Positions 54,721-64,000 of a DNA stretch of 64,000 nucleotides are shown here, piece after piece. Made by a program: the position numbers and the translations under genes. A model generated the notes under the pieces. The model saw only the letters and a program-made list of their open reading frames with translations. It had not been told where the DNA came from and did no database searches. Every line of letters starts with the position of its first letter. Position 1 is the first letter of the stretch. Origin of the DNA: Vicugna vicugna. Its lineage: Eukaryota. The stretch covers positions 582,741-646,740 of the forward strand of contig MU058226.1 of the NCBI GenBank assembly GCA_013265495.1. The letters run 5' to 3'.

Positions 54721-56067
54721 TTACTGGAGGATAACTCTTTTTAAGTGCATAGATTTTAGAATTTTGCAACCTATTTTCTTCCCCTAATATAACATACTTA
54801 AAAAACCCCTCATGACCAGTTTTACATAGTATGTTTCTTTCTCATCATGATACTCTGATTATTAGCATTATTAAATCTTATTAATTCTTATTTTATTATA
54901 ATTAGTAGGGCAATCTAGATTTTTAATCTTCTAGGAGATGAGGAATTAGGTTGACTTTATTAGCTCTCTTTTTTAGTGGCTTTTTTTTTTTGGTTAATTT
55001 ATTGCCTTAATACCTACTATGGAAACCACCTTCTCCTTCATCCCTGCCTCAGACATCCTCTCTTGTCAGATGTACCTGTTTCTGCTAAAGTTCATTCTCA
55101 GAGTGGGGCTACTTGGTTTTCTCACAGTTGCCTGCATTTTTCTTTTCTCCTTATGTAGGTGAAAGCAAGAACCTATCTCTGCTTTATAACCACACACATA
55201 ATTAACAGAAGAAACAAAACGAACAATTCCTTTTTGATTCAAATCAATTTTTAATAACTCCATCCATTCTTTTCTATTACAGACGTCTTTTGTGAACTTT
55301 ATATGAACTTTTATCTTTCGAGTATCATAATGATCTCATGGCCTTTACAGCCACAATTTACTGCAATGAACTATAATTACCATTCCTCCTCCTCATCTTC
55401 TTTCTTCTCATGCTCAATTGTCTCAGGATGAACAATGGAGATCCTTTAAATTGGCTCCTTTGTCCTTTATAGCACTTTCCTTGACATTCTTGAAGGCATC
55501 CTGCCTTTCTGGCAACAAATGAACATTCAAGATCTGTCCTGAGTCTTTCCTTCCCTGAGACATGGAATCAGCTATCATTGGAGCCTTACTGATGGGTTCT
55601 AGTTTCTTTAAGTGAAAAATAGTATTTGAAACAAAAACAAGGTGCTGGGGGTCCACATGAGAATTGTGGTAAAAATCCTACCTCCCCTGTTGGCCACTTT
55701 TAAGATAGGCAATTACATGGAGTTTGTGAATTTAACATGATATGTGTTTTGTGTCTTATTTTTGTGAGACTGTGTGGACCATCAGCCACAAAGACGTTCA
55801 ATGTCACCAGGAGACTGAAGGGGAGAAACACAGCCTGGACTAGGTTGTGTGCAAGAATGAAGTGGAGGGACATGCGGAGGCCAGTATAGATGTGGGCGAG
55901 GTTGGAGGGTGTGAATTGGGTAGCATTCATCTAAGGTGAGATTAGGAACCAGGGCCAGTTCACTGTGGAGATTCTGGAGTCATCAGATTGGGATAGGATG
56001 AAGTGCTCAGTGATTTTTGCACCTGGCTAGGGCCTGTTTGAGCTGAGGGTGGGAACATATTCAACCC

Positions 56068-56499
56068 TGTTATGGGTTTAATTGTGTCCCCTCAAAAGAT
56101 ATGTTGAAGTCCTAACCCATGGTACCTATGAATGTGATCTAATTTGGAAATAGGGTATTTACAGAGGTAATCAAGTTAACATGAGGTCATTAGGGTAGGT
56201 ATTAATCCACAGGACTGGTGTCTTTATAAACAGGAGGAAATCTGGACAAAGACACACACAGAGGGAAGACCATATAAAGACACAAGGATCATGTCACCTA
56301 CAAGTCTAGGAATGCTTGAGGCTACCAGAAGCAAGGAGACTGGCATGGAAGGATGCTCACTCATGGTCCTCAGAGGGAACCAACTCTGTTGACACCTTGA
56401 GTTCAGACTTCTAGCTCCAGAATGGAGGGACAACAAATTTCCATTGTTGAAGCCACCCAGTTCGTGGCACTTCATGTGGCAGTTCTAGCAACTAATGCA
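56068..56499 (+). mobile_element. MaLR solo LTR (MLT1B/C-like)
   Basis: TGTTATGGGTTTAATTGTGTCCCCTCAAAAGATATGTTGAAGTCCTAACC...CTAGCAACTAATGCA; approximate TSD AACCC/GACCC. Confidence 0.8.
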
Positions 56500-58251
56500 G
56501 ACCCTTTAACTTCACCTCCTTCACCTGACACCCCTCCAGCCTTTCTCCATCACCTGAGTTATTGCCAGTTACCTGCAACTCAATGCAACAGACTCTAAGA
56601 TGTGGGTTCGTCACCAGTGGTGGGTTCTGGCCAGCAGAAGTCCCACTGAGACGGAATGAATTACTCAAGACTCTGGGGAAGTCAAGAGAACGAGAGGGAG
56701 TCAGGAGCCAACTCCACGAGCCTCTCAAATCTCTCATATTTACTGAGTGCAGTCGAAGAAGGAATTTAGGGAAGGACAGGGTGGGATCACAATGAGTACA
56801 AAGGCTTTGTTTATTGTTGGTATTTGGCTCAAGGTTAGAAGACCCTTTTTGGTGAATCATAATCGTGTTGAGCCTTTCAGCTTATCAGGGCGGAATGTAT
56901 GAGAATCAGCTGCTTGACAAGATTTTCCTGGACTCAGGCAGCTGTGCCTGTCTTAGGTTGCCCCCTCAGGGGATCTTACCTGTCATTGGCTAACCAGCCT
57001 TCTCACCTCCGAGTCTGCAGCACAGCTTCTTACCAGCCCAAGGCTGTTTTGGGGATAGAAGACTAACAGCAGGCACGCCCAGCGTTTACAGCTGGGGGCC
57101 TGGGTCATTGCTAAAACCTCGAGGCAGGTACTAAGCACATCTTCTTTAAGGAGGTAAGTGGCTGGGATTGTTACAATTTGTTAACCCAATCATGGGCTCC
57201 CACACTAAGATACTTTCTCGAGAGCAGGTTACATTATCCACTCATTTAACTATTAACATTGCACACTTACCACGTCTAGGTACTGGGGCTCCAGCAGGGA
57301 ACATGACTCTTGGGGTCCTCTCCTCCTGGAACTTCTCCAGGCTACTGGGGAAGGAAGACACATCACATGGTTACACAAAGAATACTGAATCTAAAACAGT
57401 GATGTGCTAGAGAGCAGGGCAGCCCTGTGTGAGGCGCTGGGAGATGGTGGCGGGACAGGAAACTTCCAGGCAGAAGGAGCCGCAGTGGGGAGCCCTGTGG
57501 GGCAAAGCCTGGGGCATCTGCAGAACCAATGGAAGCCTGAGGGCCACAGAGAGGGGCTGAGGGGAGGTGCCAGGGCAGATCCTTGGGGCTTGTAGGCCCT
57601 CTTAGAGATCTGGGGTTCTATCCCTATCTGAAGAACCACGGGAATTCAGAGTTTAATGCAGGGGAGAACACATTCACCTTTTAAGATAATTTCTCTGAGT
57701 GGAGATGGGGCTGCAGGGGAGTGTGGGTGAGCTAAGGGGTAGATTTGGGTGACAGGGGAGCTTCAATAATGTGAGAAAAGGGTACCGTAAAGGGCTTCAC
57801 GTGTGCTGGGTGGGTGCTGACTCCAGCTGGGCCAGACACTTGGAGAGGAAATGACTCCTCAGATGGCTCCGCAGGGCCTGGCGCAGTGTGTGCGTTAATG
57901 TACAGGGAGGGGCTTTTGTTTAATTACTAAATTTGTTTCCTGTTTGTGCCCTTCTTTCTCACACGGGGATCCTCACGGCCTCCAGCCTGGGTGGCTCCAG
58001 CCACCTCCTGATTGGCCACCTCCCCACAGGCCCTGTGTCCTCCAGCTCATCCTAAGGGTCAGCTCAAGCTGGGGAGAGGGGAGGATGGGGAGGTGTTGTT
58101 TAAAAGGCATAAAGGTACAGACTTTCAGATTTACAGGATGAAGAGAGCTATGGCCATGGAGGGTGATGATGGAGTGTGATGATGGCTGCACAGCAATGTG
58201 AATGGTTTTAGTATCACTGAACTGTACACTTAAAAAGGGTTAAGAAGGTAA

Positions 58252-58376
58252 ATTTTTTGGAAGGGGTGATTAGGTTTATTTATTTATTTATTATTTTTAA
58301 TGGAAGTACTGGGGATTGAACCCAGGACCTCATGCATACTAAGCACACACTCTACGACTGAGCTATACCCATCCCC
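58252..58376 (-). mobile_element. Vic-1-like SINE
   Basis: Reverse-oriented head and tail, next to an L1 3' end. Confidence 0.85.
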
Positions 58377-58437
58377 TAGAGCTGACTTTTAAAAAAGTTA
58401 TATTATATTAAAATACACATCATATAAAATTTACTCA

Positions 58438-58508
58438 GGGGAGGGTATAGCTCAGTGGTAAACACGTGCTTAGCATGCTTGAGGTCTTGGGTTCAATCCC
58501 CAGTACCT
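58438..58508 (+). mobile_element. Vic-1-like SINE, 3'-truncated
   Basis: gggagggtatagctcagtggtaaacacgtgcttagcatgcttgaggtcttgggttcaatccccagtacc, with no A tail. Confidence 0.8.
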
Positions 58509-60959
58509 TTCGGCTCTAGTCAGACCACTCCCCTAGCCAAGTATCGCTAGCACCAGAGCCTGGGGCTTGCACTGAAGGTTGTTCCCAAGTGGCCAGCTGC
58601 CCCTCTGGATGCTGACTTCCTCTGCTCCTCACCCTCATCCCCGGGCCTGGCTCTATGTTGGGGCACACAACACTGGTGGAATGTCTTTAGAACCAATGAA
58701 TACATGCAAGCAAGCAGCAGGCCCCCTGCCCAGCCCTCGAGTCCATGGCCACCCAGCACCCTCGCACCTGTCATCCACCCTCCTCTTTCTCTGCTTATTA
58801 AACGGTCCCTTCAACCACTGAGATTTGAGATTCCAGTTCTAGAGATTTGAACAAAACCTGGGGAATCTTGGGTGGTTCCTGGGGAGCAAAGCAGTGATAG
58901 TTTGTTTGGTTTAGAGAAAAACTTAAGATATTGATTAATCTTTGATGCAAATATAACTTTAAATAAGTTTGTTAAAAATCTAAGGGCAACCACAAATTCC
59001 ACTGGAACTTGAAGGTCCATATTTAAATCACTGGAAGAGCTGAAACAACCACACACAGAATAATCCTTTCAGTAAAAAACAGGAAAGAAAAAAAAATACC
59101 CAGAAAATACAAAATATAGAGACATATAGCTTAATCTCTTTTAAACAGTACATTCGTGGAGAAAGTTGGGTCAGGATGTTTTTCAGTGGTTACTCCCTGG
59201 TGTTGGAGTTTCTCAGCTTTTTACTTTGTAACCACAGGCACCGTTTGAACTTTTTCAAGGAGCATAAATACAGGATACTAGATTTATAATGAAAGCAAAG
59301 AAACCAAAGCAACAAACAAGCCAACCTGTCTGCAAAGGACTCCTGTCCCCGAAATCTTTCTTGACCCCTCACTGAACTCCCCTTCCCTGTGCCTTTCTCG
59401 TGACATTGAATAATTATGGTTGTAACTACTATAACTAATAAGCCAGGCATAAACCCTCCAAACTTCAGTTTCCTAATCTGTAAAATGGGGATAGTCAGAG
59501 CTCCCATGTGATAAAATTGTTGAGATGACTCAATCAAATAATTGCATGTCAAATGCTGAGCATAGTATCTGGCACAATAACTCAGTCAACTTTTGCTGCT
59601 GTTACCATGACTACAGTATACTTTAATTCCAAACAACCTTCAAAGGTAGGCATCATCAATATTAGAAATGATGAAAATAAGGCTCAGAGAAGTTTAGTAA
59701 CTAGCCTAAAGTCACACAGCTAACAATGGGCCTCCTGGGAAGTGAGAGGAAGTTCATCACCCATGAGTGAAAACTGGTGAATTTGCACATAGTGAATGAG
59801 AGGACCATCTGGGGCAGAAATCACAGATGTGCTGAGGAAATTTGGGAATAATCAAATCCAATCCAAGGGTAACACCAGGAAGCATGTCTGGTTGGAGACT
59901 ATAACTCAGGAAGGAAAAACTGCTATCATGGTCCTGTGCCCCATCTGAGGAAGGAATGTGGCTGCAGCAGGGGGTGTCCTCTATGGGACTGAGGAAAGGG
60001 GGACCCAGGGGCCAAGAACTGTGAGCTGTTTAATTGCTCCCTGTGGGGAGAAATGCTCATTCTGGCTATAAATATTCTTCCTGTTATAACCTACTTATAA
60101 TCAGCAACACTCAATGGCTATGATGTCAGGTGTATAATACACTGAACTCACAGTCATGCTCTATGTATCAAAAGGCGGGTAGAGAGAGGAACTGCTTATG
60201 TCAATTTGAGGAAAGAATATGTGTGCCACCTATTCCGTGATTACACTAGAATCTTTCCCTGACTTAAGCCAGACCAACAGCACAGGCACACAGATTGCTT
60301 TGCTCTGAGTGATTCTGCCTGAACACAGTACCACCAGCTGTCACAGGGACACTGGAAGAAATGAATAAAACCTTTGAAACTTGTACTTACAATAAGGATG
60401 CGCTGAGATGCTGCTCACTTTAGCACACCACTTCCATGGGGATCTCCTTATCTCAAGGGAAGCAACAGCCATGCATCTCCTAAGACTACGGACTCTTTTT
60501 ACTTTGTGTATGTTGGGTGCCATGTAATGACTGTGTTTCCTTCTTTGAATTGGGTGCTAGAGAGCTCAGTTCCAAATTTGTGATCTCCCTCCCGGCATGA
60601 TGTTTATACTAACCTCACTCTTGGTTTTGTCTGATTTTTCTAACTATTTATTTTCCCTAGTTGTAATTTTCTATTGTTTAAGCTATTTTCGATTATGATT
60701 AAAACACCGCTGGTATAAATGAACACTATATTTATTCCAGGACTGGGGTTCATTGTGACCTGGATGAAATGTTCCCAAAATATCCACCTCTCCTGATTTT
60801 GATTTCTTGGTCACCAAGCAACATTCTGATTGGCAGTTGGCCTCCCCTTCTAGGAATCCTGCTACTAGGAGGTGGGGGCACCCTGGATTCCACCTCGGGA
60901 GCTAAACAGTCCCACACCAGAGATCCAGCAATATTTTGTGCCTGTCCCATTTTCTTTAC

Positions 60960-61070
60960 TGGGAGTGGAGATTGTTCTAGAGCTCAGAAGGGAGCTTCCT
61001 GGGCAAACGCACAGTGCAGCCAATCCTCTTGCTTCATTTTATACAAGGCAAATCCATCTGTAATGCTTTC
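60960..61070 (-). pseudogene. Decayed KRAB-A box exon
   Basis: ESITDGFALYKMKQEDWLHCAFAQEAPF*ALE is in register with the KRAB-A consensus ESVTFEDVAVxFSQEEWxxLDPAQRALYRDVMLE. Preceded by a polypyrimidine tract with a broken AG, followed by GTAAAG. Confidence 0.5.
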
Positions 61071-61779
61071 CGGGGGAAGATTAAGAGGAAGGAACAAGCA
61101 CTAAGGAGAGTCAGAGAGTACCAGGCAGCTTACTGTATGAACATATTTCATTCTGGCAGTAGTAGCGGTTTACCTGGGGCAGGTTAGAGCAGCTTTCTCT
61201 CTCTTTTACTTATAAAATAGAGATAATAATATCGCCTCCCAATTTGCATGAATTAAATGAGATGACCCATGTAAATCATTTAGCACCATTGCTACAACTA
61301 TTGCCAAGACTCTAGCCATTATCATCGTTGTAATTCTATGAGGCGGGTAAGATTACTCACGTTTTGAAAAGGGCAAGTGGGGAAGCCCGCGCTCCTGTAA
61401 GTCCGCGGTCTTCCACTAGAGGACAGGCTGAGGCAGGGGAATACCTGAAGGAGGCTCCCTTTTTCGTAGCTTTGTTAACCAGGAACCTGCGGTAACAGTG
61501 CGGAATGAGAGCAAACATTGATGCTCTTGTTGAATAAGTGTGAGCCCCCAAAGTTCTAGAAGTACTAGCCAGGGTTCCATCTCCATCTTCCCTTCGCTCT
61601 GCCCCTGAAGTCACTGTTCAGTTCAAGGTCTCTTATGGTCTTTGTTTCTTTCCCTATGACTCACCGTGACACCTAAATCTAAGTCAATAAATAAGTAAGA
61701 GACAGCATACCGAACCTTCCCCCCACCTCCCACCCAGGGCAACTCAGATTTCTCCTTTAGGCCGACTTAGACCCACGAG

Positions 61780-62660
61780 CTCATTTGATCTCCACCGCAA
61801 TAATTCCGGTGACGACTCCGGCCTGGAGCCCTGCCCCTTCCCCCCCTTCCCCCCTCCCCCGCGTGCTCCACGTCCACCCCGCAGCTCCTATGCAGAACCT
61901 TCTGGTAATTCAGGGGGCTTGGGGAAGGGGCGGTGCCCTTCCGGGTACAGGGCCGGCAGCAGGGAAACTGTAAAAACTTACCTTTAGGGAGCGGGGGTGC
62001 ACCACAGCCAGGCACGGAATCCTGTCTACTGACTTCCTTTTCTCCCTGATTCAGACCTCCCGAGTCCAGGCCACCTCCCAAGCTTCTTCCCCAAACACAC
62101 TCCAGTCTCCAGACCCAAGAAGCAGCTGCAGCCATCTCCGTGCTTCTACCTGAGGAGTTTTTGTTTTCCCGCCACGGGTAGCGAAGACACTCGGGACTGG
62201 GCGGGGGCTCGCACCGGGGCGGGGCCGGGCAGCCGTGGGCGGAGCTGGACCGCTGGGTGGCGCTGTTTCTCGCGGTGAGATACCGGGTCTTCCGTCGGCT
62301 GTTCTACCTGCCCGGCTCCGCTCCCTTGCCTCTTGCTTCTCCTTCCTCGCCGCTTCTTCTCCCTTGCTCTCCTTTTCTTTCCTTCCACTCTCACCCTCAA
62401 CAGTTGAGGGTTTTAGCTGTGCTGGCCCAGGGCCCGGGGATTTTACCTTCTCTGAGGCGGCTGCTTAGAGGGCCTGTGACCCTGTGGGTGAGGCTGCGGT
62501 GTGAGGCCACGACGTGGACGACGAAGGACGAAACCGGGGTCTCCTCTCAGGTTGCTGCCTCGGGGAGTTCCAGGCGGGGCCCTCACGGCGAACACCCCGC
62601 CTGGAGGAGACGCGTGCTTGTGAGTTCGAGCACACACGGTTGCGTCCCTGTGCTTCTGTG
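61780..62660. promoter_or_regulatory. Orphan CpG island / promoter
   Basis: CpG-dense, with three GC boxes (62198-62243), TCTCGCGG (~62268), ETS-like CTTCCG and CTCF-like CCGCTGGGTGGCGC. No intact gene starts here within the window. Confidence 0.7.
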
Positions 62661-62841
62661 CCCATCGTAAAAGAGAATAGTGTATCTCTGCAGAAGGGGT
62701 TTGATCCATGAAGAATAAGGATTACCCTCAGGGCCTGGAGTATACTGACGTTTCCTGTTTTAATGATGTTTTCCACCACCTAAATACATTAGGAAACCCA
62801 CTGAAGTGAGATATGTTCCTCATTAAAAACGACCCGGGTCA

Positions 62842-62927
62842 GGGGTGGGGTGGGTATAGCTCAGTGGTAGAGCGCATGCGCAAGGTCCTGGGTTCAATCC
62901 CCCAGTACCTCCATTAAAAAAAAAAAA
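62842..62927 (+). mobile_element. Vic-1-like SINE with a small internal deletion
   Basis: tatagctcagtggtagagcgcatgc/gcaaggtcctgggttcaatcccccagtacctccattaaaaaaaa. Confidence 0.85.
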
Positions 62928-64000
62928 GATCCAGTTAACTTCTCCCATAACTGCTAAATTGACTCTTTAGCTCCCCTCCCTGCTGAGGGCATATCCCTGA
63001 ATTAATCCTCTAACATTCATCAGTTCAGATCTCTACGGTGACAGTCTGCAGGAACATTTCCATTCCTTGACTCTCCAGTGATTCTTAGCCCTTCACCAGC
63101 AAACCAGACCAGAAAACTGCAGTCTTGTGCCACAGACATTGGCTTGGATTGATCTCAAAGCACTTCCTCTTCAAAGGGCGATACTTTGAAAACTATGAAC
63201 CTATTTTGTTAGTGACGATGGAACGAGATTTCTTGGGTGTCAAGTTCCAAATCTACCTACTGTAACTCAATGCACAGAGGAAAGAAATGTATTGGTTCCC
63301 AGTTTTGAAAATGTACTATAGTACCTGAGATGTTACCATTACAATAAGCTTGAAGAGTGCATGGGACATCTCTGTACTATTTTTGCAATTTTCTGTGAGT
63401 CTAGAATTATTTCAAAGCAAAAGAAGGAGGGAAGGAGGGAAAGAGAAAGAAGAAAAGGTGGAGAAAGAGGAGAGGCATTAAAAATATGTCCTTAGGGGAA
63501 AATTTGATAACATTAAGGAAAAGGGACTCTATTCCTGACATTTAGCTACGGCTCTATTGTGGCTTCCTGCTTTAGTGAACTGGATTAATGAACATGTGTG
63601 GTTGCAATGACTTTGCCTAGACAAGAGGCAGGGATGTGTAGAAGCCCTCAGCCTGTCCTGTCACATGCCCCATGAGTCCCTCACTCTTGGGCCTCCCAAA
63701 GAGAGCCAAGTGTCCTTTATCAGCAGGCGGGGGCTCTGAATAATTCCTAAAGCACCAGCTTTAAAGAGTGATTCTGCCTGGAGCGACTGTCACGCATGTC
63801 TCCCTCAGGACTCCAGTAGGCTCACTGCAGCTGGTAGGTGGCTAATGGAGGTTTATAGGATGGAGATCTTGATTATGTCATCTTTAAAGACTTGACCAAC
63901 ATCTGGCGTGGTCTGGAAGATGCCACTGAAGAGGGTATACACACAGAGCCCTGGGAATTGGGGAGCTGAGTCACTTGAGAGTCTGAAAGCCTGAGAGCAG

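Noticed and set aside
60260..60352. Possible KRAB-B exon (VPVTAGGTVFRQNHSE) after a TTCCAG acceptor on the minus strand
   Set aside because: Similarity is too weak (lacks the KP, LE and PW residues) to report.

Overview
Mammalian MHC class I 'PSORS1' interval, most likely from a camelid (many copies of a tRNA-derived SINE resembling camelid Vic-1). Six intact spliced genes were reconstructed exon by exon, with consistent phases and protein lengths close to the human orthologues: POU5F1/OCT4 (+, with enhancers CR4-CR1), TCF19 (-), CCHCR1 (+, head-to-head with TCF19), PSORS1C2 (+), CDSN (+) and C6orf15/STG (+). The main unexpected result is a heavily decayed, intron-containing ANGPTL4-like gene on the minus strand between PSORS1C2 and CDSN (about 33.8-38.1 kb). 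Its remnants occur in the correct order, most with splice signals: signal peptide, SE1 lipase-inhibitory motif, coiled coil, linker and the fibrinogen-domain exons. The window also holds non-coding homologues of human PSORS1C1 exons, a decayed KRAB-A exon beside an orphan CpG island, and common repeats. Comparisons to human proteins are from recalled sequences; no alignments or searches were run.
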